Assembly: GCA_930987725.1 (NCBI GenBank)
Contig: CAKNKY010000006.1
Span: 3,476 to 67,475, forward strand
Origin: an uncultured Anaeromassilibacillus sp.
GTDB taxonomy: Bacteria > Bacillota > Clostridia > Oscillospirales > Acutalibacteraceae
DNA length: 64,000 nucleotides
Direction of reading: 5' to 3'
In this document: positions 18,817-28,900 of the stretch, one piece after another
Layout: each line of letters begins with the position of its first letter
How positions within the stretch are numbered: position 1 is the first letter of the stretch
The notes under the pieces: model-generated
Seen by the model: only the letters and a program-made list of their open reading frames with translations
What the model was told of the DNA's origin: nothing
Databases searched by the model: none
Position numbers and translations under genes: made by a program

Positions 18817-19743
18817 TCAATCCAAAATGACGGAATCCTGCAGGCCGTAGGTTGTGGCAACCTCCAGCACCGTGCCGTCTGCAACTTTTTCTGCCCAGAA
18901 CTCGTTGAACGCGTCCGTCAGGTCGGAACCCTTGCGGAAGCCGACGCCATATTCCTCATCGGGCAGGTTCTGCATCTCGTTCAGGTTGGCCACCTGCGTC
19001 AGGTCGGCGTAGCTTGTCCCCTCGCCGATCATCGCGCCCGCCATCAGCAGGTCGATCACGGCCACATCGGACGTCTGGGAGTCAACCTCCATCAGCGCCG
19101 CGGCCTGCGACTGCACCGGGACGGTGGTGGCGCCCAGCGCCGTGGCGGCTTCCTCACCGGCGGAGCCGGATTCCACCGCAACGGTGAGCCCCTCCAGAGA
19201 AGTCAGGCTCTCGTAGCCGGCAGCCTTGTCGGCCGGGGCCACAAGCACCTGTGCGTTCAGGCAGTAGGGTTCCGAGGTGCTCATGGCGGACGTCACGTCG
19301 TCGGTGAGCGTCATGCCGTTCCACACCACGTCGATGGCCTTGGAGTCAAGTTCCTCCACTTTGTAATCCCAGGTGATCTCGCTGAACTCCACGTCCACAC
19401 CGAGGCTTTCGGCAAAGGCCTTTGCCATATCGGCGTCAAAGCCGACCCACTCGTCGCTGCCTTCCTCTTTATAGTCCATGGGGTCAAAGTATGTAATGCC
19501 AACCACAAGCGTACCCTTGTCCTGCACATAGGCAAGGTCGCTTTCCGTCTCGCCGCCCTCTGCGCTCTCTGTGTCGCCTTCCGTGCTGCTCTCCGCATCG
19601 CCGCCCTCTGCGGCTGCGGAAGACGATTCATCGGCGCCGGAAGCGGTGTCGGCCGTGCTGGCGGCCGGGGCAGACGTGCAGGACGCTGCGCTCAGCGCCA
19701 TCAGACAGGCAAGAATAAACGACAGTGATTTTTTCATGATCAC
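18817..19743 (-). CDS. amino acid ABC transporter substrate-binding lipoprotein
   Basis: MIMKKSLSFILACLMALSAASC lipobox, an acidic Ser/Glu linker, then a type-3 SBP domain (LVVGITYFDPMDYK...GFDADMAKAFAESLG). Confidence 0.85.
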   Translation of the reverse strand: MIMKKSLSFILACLMALSAASCTSAPAASTADTASGADESSSAAAEGGDAESSTEGDTESAEGGETESDLAYVQDKGTLVVGITYFDPMDYKEEGSDEWVGFDADMAKAFAESLGVDVEFSEITWDYKVEELDSKAIDVVWNGMTLTDDVTSAMSTSEPYCLNAQVLVAPADKAAGYESLTSLEGLTVAVESGSAGEEAATALGATTVPVQSQAAALMEVDSQTSDVAVIDLLMAGAMIGEGTSYADLTQVANLNEMQNLPDEEYGVGFRKGSDLTDAFNEFWAEKVADGTVLEVATTYGLQDSVILD

Positions 19744-20092
19744 GGTACCTCCAGAAATGTGCTGACCGGTTGCACCGGCCGCTGCGTACTTCTGAATTTT
19801 ATCATGCTAATGCGCTGTTGTAAAGAATTATTTTTCGCTTCCCCCATTTTTTCTGGATGTTTAGAGAAAAAATACTGTTTTTTTGCGCTTTTCATGGAAC
19901 TTTCATGGTATAATACCCTCACGGGCTAAGCGGAACGCAAAGAGTTCCGAGCCCTGCGAGAACGAGATCTATTTCGGCTATGTGCGGCTGCCGGCTTCCT
20001 TTGGCGGCCCGGTGGAGCTCCCGCATGCGCGCCGTTTCAGTCGTTCCAGCCATACCGAATCATTCGCCATGCCGGCAAAAAGGAGGACCATT

Positions 20093-21895
20093 ATGATCAA
20101 CCATTTCTGCAAAACGCCTCTTTGGGAAGCAGCCCCCACGCTGGCGGCCGTGGCCCAGGGAAAACGTCCGGCCGACGCGGTAATCCGCGGCTGCACGCTC
20201 GTCAACGTCTGCACGCATGAATTACAGGGGCCGATCGATGTCGCCCTCAGCTGCGGGCGCATTGCGCTGGTGGGCGACGGCGCCCCCTGCATCGGCCCGG
20301 AAACGGAAGTCATCGACGCCGCGGGCCTCTTCCTGGCCCCCGGGTTCCTTGACGGCCATCTCCATGTGGAGTCCTCCATGGTTTCGGTGGGCGAATATGC
20401 CAGGGCGGTGCTGCCCCACGGCACCACCGGCATCTTCATGGACCCGCACGAGATCTGCAACGTGCTCGGCCTGCCGGGTGTTTCCTGCATGATGGAGGAC
20501 GCCGCGCGCACGCCGCTCAAGACCATGCTCACAACGCCCTCCTGCGTGCCTGCCGTACCGGGCTTTGAGGACACGGGCGCTTCCATCGGGCCGGAAGATA
20601 TCCGCGAAACGATGAAGTGGGACAGCGTGGTCGGCCTGGGGGAGATGATGAACTTCCCCGGTATTCTTGCTTCCGACGCGCGCACGCACGCCATCGTGGG
20701 CGAAACGCTCAAGGCCGGCAAAATTGTGACAGGCCATTATGCCATGATGGAAAACGGCGCCGGGCTGAACGCCTACATCGCCGCCGGCATCCGCTGCTGC
20801 CATGAATCGACGCGCGCGGAGGATGCACTGCAGAAGATGCGCCTCGGCATGTATGCCATGCTGCGCGAGGGATCCGGCTGGCGCGATCTGCACGAGGTGG
20901 CCAAGAGCGTGACGCAGCACGAGATCGACACGCGGTTTGCCGTACTCGTCTCGGACGACGACCACCCGCACACGCTCACGGCGGAAGGCCATGTGGATCA
21001 CATCCTCCGCCGCGCCATCGAGGAGGGGATTGACCCCATCACCGCCATCCAGATGGTCACGATCAACTGCGCGCAGTGCTTCCAGCTCGACCACGAGCTC
21101 GGTTCCGTGACGCCCGGCAAGTGCGCCGATCTCGTCCTGCTGCGCGATCTCACCTCCATGGAGGTGGTGCGCACCTTCATCGACGGCGCAACCGTGGCGA
21201 AGGACGGAGAGATGACGGCGGAGCTGCCGGAGTACCGGTATCCGCAGTGGGCCACCGGTTCGGTGCACGTGGGCAGGCCCATCCTATCATCGTCCTTCCG
21301 CATCCCCGGCAAGGGGGATCGGGCGCGCGTGCGCGTGATAGAGGTGGCTTCCGGCCGTGTGGACAACCGCGAGGGCCGTGCCGTGCTGCCGGTGCGGGAC
21401 GGGGCGATCTGCGCGGACCCGGATCAGGATGTGATGAAAGCCGTTGTGTTTGAGCGCCACCACGAGACAGGCCACACCGGTTTCGGCTTTGTGAAGGGCT
21501 TCGGCATCCGCTCCGGGGCAATGGCGTCCACCGTGGCGCACGACGCGCACAACCTGCTCGTCGTCGGCGTCAACGACGACGATATGGCGCTTGCCGCAAA
21601 CACGCTTGCCAGAGAGGGCGGCGGTATGGTTGTCGTGCGGGATGGGCGTGTGCTGGGCCTTGTCCCGCTGCCCATTGCCGGGCTGATGAGCGATAAACCG
21701 GTGCGCGAAGTGAGCGCGCTTGTGGAGCAGCTCGAGGGCGCATGGCGCGAGCTTGGCTGCACCATGGTGTCGCCTTTCATGACGATGGCGGGCCTTTCGC
21801 TCGCCTGCCTGCCGCAGCTCCGTCTCACGGACCGCGGCCTGGTGGACTGCACATCCTTCCGTTTTGTCCCGCTTGAAGCGGAGGACGAAGCGTAA
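20093..21895 (+). CDS. ade: adenine deaminase
   Basis: GFLDGHLHVESSMV metal-binding motif, amidohydrolase fold, about 600 aa. ATG 20093 follows AGGAGG at 20081. Confidence 0.88.
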   Translation: MINHFCKTPLWEAAPTLAAVAQGKRPADAVIRGCTLVNVCTHELQGPIDVALSCGRIALVGDGAPCIGPETEVIDAAGLFLAPGFLDGHLHVESSMVSVGEYARAVLPHGTTGIFMDPHEICNVLGLPGVSCMMEDAARTPLKTMLTTPSCVPAVPGFEDTGASIGPEDIRETMKWDSVVGLGEMMNFPGILASDARTHAIVGETLKAGKIVTGHYAMMENGAGLNAYIAAGIRCCHESTRAEDALQKMRLGMYAMLREGSGWRDLHEVAKSVTQHEIDTRFAVLVSDDDHPHTLTAEGHVDHILRRAIEEGIDPITAIQMVTINCAQCFQLDHELGSVTPGKCADLVLLRDLTSMEVVRTFIDGATVAKDGEMTAELPEYRYPQWATGSVHVGRPILSSSFRIPGKGDRARVRVIEVASGRVDNREGRAVLPVRDGAICADPDQDVMKAVVFERHHETGHTGFGFVKGFGIRSGAMASTVAHDAHNLLVVGVNDDDMALAANTLAREGGGMVVVRDGRVLGLVPLPIAGLMSDKPVREVSALVEQLEGAWRELGCTMVSPFMTMAGLSLACLPQLRLTDRGLVDCTSFRFVPLEAEDEA

Positions 21896-21913
21896 CCTTT
21901 GTTTTCATGCAGC

Positions 21914-21951
21914 AAAAGAGCGGATGGCCCGCGCGGCCATCCGCTCTTTTT
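21914..21951. terminator. bidirectional intrinsic terminator (ade / cotJC)
   Basis: AAAAGAGCGGATGGCC / GGCCATCCGCTCTTTT perfect arms. Confidence 0.8.
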
Positions 21952-21959
21952 GCGTGCTG

Positions 21960-22559
21960 TTATTTCTTATCGAACTCGGGATTGAAGGCGTAAAAGTTTT
22001 TCGAGTCCAGCTTGTCGGTGGTGAGGCGGAGCGCTTCACCGAACCGCTGGTAGTGCACAACCTCTCTCGCGCGCAGGAAACGGATCGGGTCGCGCACGTC
22101 GGGATCATCGCAGTATCGCAGGATGTTGTCATACACCGTCCTGGCCTTCTGCTCCGCCGCCAAATCCTCATGCAGATCGGTGATGGCGTCGCCGGCGACG
22201 GCGATCGCCCCGGCGCTGAACGGCATGCCGTTGGCGTCGGCCGGGTAAATGCCGGAGGTATGATCCACGAAGTAAGCGTCGAAGCCCGCCTCCTGGATCT
22301 GCTGGGGTGTCAGGTTGCGCGTGAGCTGATAGACAATCGTGCCCACCATTTCCAGGTGGCCGAGCTCCTCGGTGGCGATGTCCGTGAGGATTGCCTTGAG
22401 TTCGGGGTACGGCATCGTATACCGCTGCGAAAGATACCGCAGCGAGGCGCCGAGTTCGCCGTTCGGCCCGCCGTACTGTGCGCAGATGATTTTCGCCAGC
22501 GCGGCGTTCGGCGTCTGGATGCGAATGGGGTACTGCAGTTTCTTTTCATAGACCCACAT
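21960..22559 (-). CDS. cotJC: spore coat protein CotJC (manganese catalase family)
   Basis: MWVYEKKLQYPIRIQTPNAALAKIICAQYGGPNGELGASLRYLSQRY...EELGHLEM. Confidence 0.92.
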   Translation of the reverse strand: MWVYEKKLQYPIRIQTPNAALAKIICAQYGGPNGELGASLRYLSQRYTMPYPELKAILTDIATEELGHLEMVGTIVYQLTRNLTPQQIQEAGFDAYFVDHTSGIYPADANGMPFSAGAIAVAGDAITDLHEDLAAEQKARTVYDNILRYCDDPDVRDPIRFLRAREVVHYQRFGEALRLTTDKLDSKNFYAFNPEFDKK

Positions 22560-22819
22560 CAGCCGTCATCCTCCTCTCCAAGCTCCCACGGCCACGGCCC
22601 GGTGATCCAGGCCCAGCGGCTCGTGTTTCCGCTCGTCTCGTTTAGGGGGCCGTACTGCTGCTCGTATTCCTTCACGAGCGCGGCCGTCTTTTCCTGATAT
22701 TCCGCCAGCTTCTTGGCGGCGTCGCAGTCGTTCGGGTGCGTATCGAGGAAAATGTGCAGTTCCCATTCGGCGAACTGGCTGGCGCGGATGCGCCGCAGCA
22801 ATTTTTCCTGGTCGCTCAT
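22559..22819 (-). CDS. cotJB: spore coat protein CotJB
   Basis: LLRRIRASQFAEWELHIFLDTHPND is the characteristic CotJB motif. It is coupled to cotJC. Confidence 0.9.
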   Translation of the reverse strand: MSDQEKLLRRIRASQFAEWELHIFLDTHPNDCDAAKKLAEYQEKTAALVKEYEQQYGPLNETSGNTSRWAWITGPWPWELGEEDDG

Positions 22820-23025
22820 GCCTTGGCCGCCCCCTTTCCGCGGAGAAACGGCTTATCGAGATCCGGGAAAAGCGTTCCCGCCATCAGCGCCTGTTCCGGC
22901 TGGTAAACGGCGCCGTATTGCTGAAACGGCACATATGCCATGGCGGGCACGGTCACGGCCGGCAGCGGCGCGGGGCTGCGCAGGTCGCAGGATTGGCCCT
23001 CCAGTTTTGTCTTCATCGTGTCCAT
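22816..23025 (-). CDS. cotJA: spore coat-associated protein CotJA
   Basis: AMAYVPFQQYGAVYQPEQALMAGTLFPDLDKPF is the CotJA signature. It overlaps the cotJB start. Confidence 0.85.
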   Translation of the reverse strand: MDTMKTKLEGQSCDLRSPAPLPAVTVPAMAYVPFQQYGAVYQPEQALMAGTLFPDLDKPFLRGKGAAKA

Positions 23026-23157
23026 CTCCTTTCAGAGCGGGGGAAGATCCCCTGTGCCCATCATATGATCCGTTCTCCCCGGCGGTCACAGCCAAATCCG
23101 CGGCGCTGTCCTCCGGTTTCCTCTGCACCGGCTGCCACTGTTTTTTTGTTTCTGCCC

Positions 23158-23186
23158 TTGACAGGGAAGCTCGGGAAAGCTATAAT
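23158..23186 (+). promoter_or_regulatory. consensus sigma-A promoter for the padR operon
   Basis: TTGACA (23158..23163), a 17-nt spacer, then TATAAT (23181..23186). Confidence 0.65.
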
Positions 23187-23236
23187 AACAGCAAATATTA
23201 TGTATTGCATAGTATTATAAAAAAGGGGGGAATGCG

Positions 23237-23560
23237 TTGGATACCCAGAGAAAAAAGGGGATGCTCGACGTGTGCGTGCTGGCTGCCCTGCTCGAGGGGC
23301 CGTCCTACGGCTATCGTCTGGTGCGCGAGGTCGGCGCGTGCATGCCGGTGTCGGAATCCACGCTCTATCCCATCCTCAAGCGCCTGGAAACGGCGGGCTG
23401 CCTTGACACATACCGTGAGGCATACAACGGCCGCCTGCGCAAATACTACCGGCTTACGGCGCAGGGGGAGGAGCGCATTTGCGGTTTCCTGGCAGAATGG
23501 GAAGAGATGGAGCGCATCTATCAGTTTGTGAAAGAAAAACGGGAGGGAACGTCAAGATGA
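23237..23560 (+). CDS. PadR family transcriptional regulator
   Basis: GMLDVCVLAALLEGPSYGYRLVREV...STLYPILKRLETAGCL...GRLRKYYRLT. TTG start 6 nt after GGGGGG. Confidence 0.88.
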   Translation: MDTQRKKGMLDVCVLAALLEGPSYGYRLVREVGACMPVSESTLYPILKRLETAGCLDTYREAYNGRLRKYYRLTAQGEERICGFLAEWEEMERIYQFVKEKREGTSR

Positions 23561-24636
23561 AGCAGGCAGAGTTTTTGCAGAAGCTGTTCGCCGCACTGGA
23601 GCCTCTTTCCGCCGAGGAACGGGAACAGATCCGCGAATATGTGGAGGAAATGTTCTGTGATGCCATGGAGCAGGGCCTGAGTGAAGAGGAATGCGCCGCG
23701 CAGTTCGGCTCGCCTGAGCAGGCCGCGCGGGAGTTCCGCGAGGGCGCGGCACAGCGCGAGGAGGAGCGGCAGAACGGCCTTGCCGTCGCCGGCCGCGAGC
23801 TTGCATCCCGGCCGGAACGGAAGGAAGGCGGGAAGTCGCTGTTCCGGCCCGATCACCCGTGCACGGCTCTGAAACTGGATGTGCACAATTTCAGCCTGCA
23901 CGTTTCCCCCTGGGACGGCCCGGAGCTGCACATCCTGTTTGAGGTGAACGAGGAGGAAGACGAGATCCGCAGCGAGCGCCGCGGCGATGTGTGGGTGTTC
24001 ACCTGCTTCCGCAAGCGCCGCGGCTGGCGCATGTTCGGCGCGCTGTTCGGGAGCCGCACGCGGAAAATGGAGATTTTCGTGCCGCGCACATTCCGCGGCC
24101 GGCTTTCGCTCTCCACCACGAACGCGCGCGTCGCCATGGAGGGGTGCGAGGCGCTTTCGTCCCTCCTGCTCAAGACGACGAATGCATCGGTTTCCCTGCA
24201 GCACTGTTCCGGCGGGGAGCTCTGCTGCCGGTCGTCGAACGGCGCCCTGCATGTGGAGGATGTGCACGGCGATACGCTGCAGGCTGTGACGTCCAACGCG
24301 CGGGTGGAACTGACCTCGTGCGTGTGGCAGGGGGCGTGCGGTGTGCACACGAGCAACGGCTCGATCAGCGCGTCGCAGGTGGAGGCCGGGAGCCTTTCCC
24401 TGCAGAGCAGCAACGCGCGGATCCATGTGGAGCAGGTGCGCGCCTCCGGCATTACGCTTGCCACAAGCAACGGTTCGATCGGCGGCACGGTGGTGGGAGA
24501 TCCCGAGGAGTATACCATTACCACGTCCACGAGCAATGCCTCCTGCTCGCCGAAAACGCGGGCGATCCCCGGCGCGCAGAAGGCTCTGTCTGCCTCCACC
24601 TCAAACGGGAGCGTGGCGCTGCAGTTCGTTTCCTGA
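23557..24636 (+). CDS. DUF1700 (HAAS-type) N-terminal domain fused to a DUF4097 beta-helix repeat domain
   Basis: The N-terminus MKQAEFLQKLFAALEPLSAEEREQIREYVEEMF is DUF1700-like. The C-terminal half has repeated T(S/T)N(A/G)x(I/V) units about every 20 aa. ATGA overlap with padR. Confidence 0.78.
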   Translation: MKQAEFLQKLFAALEPLSAEEREQIREYVEEMFCDAMEQGLSEEECAAQFGSPEQAAREFREGAAQREEERQNGLAVAGRELASRPERKEGGKSLFRPDHPCTALKLDVHNFSLHVSPWDGPELHILFEVNEEEDEIRSERRGDVWVFTCFRKRRGWRMFGALFGSRTRKMEIFVPRTFRGRLSLSTTNARVAMEGCEALSSLLLKTTNASVSLQHCSGGELCCRSSNGALHVEDVHGDTLQAVTSNARVELTSCVWQGACGVHTSNGSISASQVEAGSLSLQSSNARIHVEQVRASGITLATSNGSIGGTVVGDPEEYTITTSTSNASCSPKTRAIPGAQKALSASTSNGSVALQFVS

Positions 24637-24657
24637 GCGGTTTGTCCGCCTTTTGCG

Positions 24658-24696
24658 GCGGCCTGTCCCGGTTTCCTGCCGGGCAGGCCGCTTTTT
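24658..24696 (+). terminator. intrinsic terminator after the padR operon
   Basis: GCGGCCTGTCCCGG / CCGGGCAGGCCGC plus TTTTT. Confidence 0.7.
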
Positions 24697-24912
24697 GCTG
24701 CCGGAAACAGATTTCACAAATAATGATTGAAATTGCACTCTTTTTGTGGTAAAAGAGGATGAAAGGAAAAAAGGAAAGGAAGATAATGAAGTCGTTTTCA
24801 AGAGCGCCAAAATTTTTTGGGAGACGGCACAAAGAAATGGAAGAATTTGATAAAATTTTTCCTGTTCGCAGGCGGGTTGCCGCCTGTAACTCATCTACAA
24901 AGGGGGATCAGC

Positions 24913-25971
24913 ATGCAGTTTCCGCAAACAGACGAACGCTATCCGTATCACATCAGAGACGTACACATTTCCGATCCCTTTATTTTAGCGGATCGGCCCA
25001 GCGGCAAATATTACACTTATGTGCAGTTCGTGGACCGCGACCGTTTCCCGGAAGCCGTGTGTGACGAGCCTTGCTTCTATGTGCTGGAAAGCGAGGATCT
25101 CATCCATTGGTCCTGTCCGGAAATCTGTTTCCGCAAGGGGGATTTCTGGGCGGATTCCGATTATTGGGCGCCGGAGTGCCATGTGTGGAAGGGGAAGTAT
25201 TACCTCATCTCCTCGTTCCGCGCCCCTGGCACCTACCGCCGCTGCCAGTGTCTGGTGTCCGATTCGCCGAAGGGGCCGTTCCGCCCCGTGCGGCCGGAGC
25301 CCGTCACGCCGGAGGGCTGGCACTGTCTCGACGGCACGCTCTATGTAGACCGTCACGAGAAGCCGTGGATGGTGTTCTGCCACGAGTGGCTGCAGGTATA
25401 TGACGGACAGATCTGCGCCATCCCGCTGAGCGACGATCTCGGAGAGGCGATCGGCGATCCGATCGTGTTGTTCCGTGCCTCCGACGGGCCGTGGACGGCC
25501 AAGGCCAACAAGGGTTCCCCCTCCGGCGGCTATGTGACGGACGGGCCTTTCCTTTACCGCCTCAAGAGCGGCGTGCTGCTCATGCTCTGGTCCAGCTTTT
25601 CCGCGTCCGGCGGCTACACCACGGCCTATGCCCGTTCGCTCAGCGGCGAGGTGCAGGGCCCCTGGGTGCACGAGGCCGAGCCGCTCTATGCGCTCGACGG
25701 CGCGCACTCCATGCTGTTCCGCACCTTCGGCGGCGAGCTCATGATGTCGCTGCACTGCCCGAACCGCCACGATTTGAAGCGCATCCTTCTGTTTGAGATG
25801 GAGGAGGGCTTCAGCAGCCTGCACATCGTCAACGAGGTGACGGGAAACTGGTATAACCATGTGGGCGGCGTGGCCGCGCGCTATGCCTACAGCGCGCCTG
25901 TGGCGGAGGAACCGTGCTTCCGCAAGGACCCGCGCCTGCACGCGGCAAAGCGAGAGGAGGAGACAAAATGA
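24913..25971 (+). CDS. glycoside hydrolase family 43 protein
   Basis: HISDPFILADRPSGKYYTY, WAPECHVWKGKYYLISS and GYVTDGPFLY are typical of a GH43 five-bladed propeller. ATG 24913 follows AGGGGG. Confidence 0.85.
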   Translation: MQFPQTDERYPYHIRDVHISDPFILADRPSGKYYTYVQFVDRDRFPEAVCDEPCFYVLESEDLIHWSCPEICFRKGDFWADSDYWAPECHVWKGKYYLISSFRAPGTYRRCQCLVSDSPKGPFRPVRPEPVTPEGWHCLDGTLYVDRHEKPWMVFCHEWLQVYDGQICAIPLSDDLGEAIGDPIVLFRASDGPWTAKANKGSPSGGYVTDGPFLYRLKSGVLLMLWSSFSASGGYTTAYARSLSGEVQGPWVHEAEPLYALDGAHSMLFRTFGGELMMSLHCPNRHDLKRILLFEMEEGFSSLHIVNEVTGNWYNHVGGVAARYAYSAPVAEEPCFRKDPRLHAAKREEETK

Positions 25972-28900
25972 TTACGAGGGAGAAACTGGTGATCCCCACG
26001 TATGAGATGGAGGAGGCAGATCCCTCCCCTGTCTTTTTCGACGTGCGCAACCATCAGGGGACGCGCGGCAATGTGTACCCCATTCCCATGCGCGACGTGT
26101 TCCGCAGCGAAAAGCGCGACAGGGAATATGATTCCGTCCGGCTCGAGAATGATTACATCCGCGTCGTCGTTCTGCCGGAGCTCGGCGGCCGCATCTACGA
26201 GGGCTACGACAAGAAGGCGGACTACCATTTCGTCTACAAAAACCAGGTGATCAAGCCGGCGCTCATCGGCCTGGCCGGCGCCTGGGTATCCGGCGGCATC
26301 GAGTTCAACTGGCCGCAGCATCACCGCCCCACAACGTACATGCCGGTGGACTGCCGGATCGAAAAGGGGGAGGACGGCTCCGAAACGGCCTGGATGGGCG
26401 AATATGAACCGCTGTTCGGTATGAAGGGCATGGTGGGCGTCACCATCTGGCCGGACAAAGCCTATGTGACCGTGCGCACGCGTCTTTACAACCCCACGAA
26501 CGCCATGCAGACGTTCCACTGGTGGGCGAACCTGGCTGTTTCCGCAAACGAAAACTACCAGCTCAAGTTCCCGCCGGATATCGACTACATCACCTATCAT
26601 TATAAGGACGCCGTGTCGCCCTTCCCGATCGTGAAAGGCGAGTTTGCGCGCTCCTGGTTCGGCGACGGCACCGACATCACCTGGTTCAAGAACATTCCCT
26701 CGCCGGCGTCGTTCTTCATCCTGAACTCCGATTACAACTTTATGGGCGGCTACGACCATGGCCGCCATCGCGGCACCGTCCATGTGGCGGATCACAACGT
26801 TTCGGTGGGCAAGAAATTCTTCACTTGGGGCAGCCGGGAGTTCGGCGACGTGTGGCACAGCAACCTCACCGACGAGGACGGCGCCTATCTGGAGATCATG
26901 ACGGGCTGCTACACCGACAACCAGCCGGATTTCGCGTTCCTCGCGCCGGATGAGACGAAGATCTTCGAACAGACGTGGTACGGCCTCACCGAGCTGCCGG
27001 ATCTGAAAAACGCCGAAAAGGACGGCGCGCTCGGGTTCACGCTCAGCGGGGAAACGCTCTCCGTGGGCGTGAATGTCACGGCTGAGCAGCCGGACGCGCG
27101 CCTGACCGTGTGCGTGAAGGGCGAGCCGGTGCGGGAGGAGACGATTTCCCTCACGCCCGGCACGGCGTACCGCTGCGAGGCCGCCGTCCCGGCGGGCACG
27201 GAGGAGAAGGACGTCTCCATCCTGCTGGCAGACAGGGAAGGCCGCACCGTGATCGGCTATGCGTACCGCAAGCCCTTCTTCGAGGGCCGCGAGACGCCGA
27301 AGGCGCACCGCCCGGCCCGCCGTCCGTGCGAGATCGAAAACCAGGAGGAGCTTTACCTCGAGGGCCTGCAGGTGGAGCAGTACCGCCATGTCACGCTGCG
27401 CGCGCGGGACTATTACGATGAAGCGCTTCGCCGCGATCCGGACGACATCCGCTGCAACGACGCGATGGGCCAGCTTCTCATGAAGCAGGGCCGCCCGCAG
27501 GACGCGCTGCCGTATTTCGAGCGCGCTGTGCGCCGCAGCATGCTGCGCAACTGCAACCCGCGCGACGGCGAACCGCTCTTCCATTACGCCTGGGCGCTGG
27601 AGCTGACGGGGGACGAGGCCGAGGCGGCCCGGTGGTACCGCAAAGCCGCGTGGAACGCCAACGTGAAGGCAGCCGCCCTCAAGCAGGCGGCAAAGCTGGC
27701 GCTGCGCCGCGGCGATCTGGCGGAGGCCGACGCCTGCGTGAAGGAGGCGCTGCCCTTTGGCGCCGAAAGTTTGCAGCTCCGCTTCCTGTCCGCCTATCTG
27801 GCCCGCAGGACAGGCAAGGCAAAGGCAGCCGGTGAGAAGAACGGGGAAACGCTGCGCTTCGATCCGCTCGATTACGGCGCGCTGGCAGAAACCTGGTTCC
27901 TCTCCGGCGAGGGCGAGCCGGAGGCTCTTCTGGCCGTGCTGAACGGCCGCCCGCTTGCATGGCGCACACTGCTCGCGCAGTATCTGGAGATCGGCGCCTG
28001 GCAGGAGGTGCTTGCGCTTTCCCGCTTTGCCCCGCAGGATCTGCTGCTGCACTTCTACACGGCTTATGCGGCCGAAAAGCTTGGCAACACGGAGCTGTGC
28101 GCCGGGCAGGAGGCGCTGGCTGCGCAGGCCCCGCTTGCCTACTCCTTCCCCTACACGGATACGGACCGCGCGGTGCTGCTTCCCTTTGACCGCGAAGGCC
28201 CGGCACACGGCCGCGTGTGCTATCTGCTCGGCTGCCTCTCCTACGGAAGGGACGATCGCAGGCAGGGCATCCGCCGCTGGCAGCAGGCCGTCGTGCGCGA
28301 TCCCGAGCTGTGGCAGGCGCACCGCTGCCTGGCGCTCGGCCTCATGGACGAGTGCGGCGATCTGACCGGCGCACGCCGCGAGATCGAGCGAGCCTTCGCG
28401 CTGGAGCGCAGCCAGGGCGGCGCGCAGCCGAACGGCCGCCTGCTCCTGGAGCTGCTGCAGATCCGCAGGAAGAGCGGCGTGCCTGTGGAGGAGCTGCTCG
28501 GGCTGCTCGATCGGTTCCCCGAGACGGTGGACAGCCGAGAGGATCTGGCGCTGCAGCGTCTTGTGCTCTGCAATGAAGCGGGCCGCCCGGAAAAGACGGT
28601 CGAATACCTGCGCAGCCGCATCTATCACCCGTATGAGGGCGGCGAGGGCATCGTAGTGCACGCCCACATCCTGGCCTGGCTGCAGCTTGCGCGCAAAGCC
28701 CTGGCGGAGGGGAATCCGCAGCAGGCCGTCTCCTGCTGTGAAAAGGCGCTGGAATACCCGGAAAACTACGAGGAAGGCCGCGGCGTGAACGCCCGCGAGG
28801 CCGCCGTGTACTATTACATGGCAAAGGCGCAGGAAACCATGGGCCATGCGCAGGACGCCCGCGCCTGGCTGGAAAAGGCCGCAAACCACCGCACCGGAAA

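Noticed and set aside
24759-25064. 101-aa ORF with a lysine-rich start (MKGKKERKIMKSFSRAPKFFGRRHKEMEEFDKIF) in the purine-rich leader before GH43.
   Set aside because: It runs out of frame into the well-supported GH43 gene, and its downstream two-thirds is an alternative-frame artefact. The AT- and purine-rich 5' part may just be promoter and UTR. A short uORF cannot be excluded but is unsupported.
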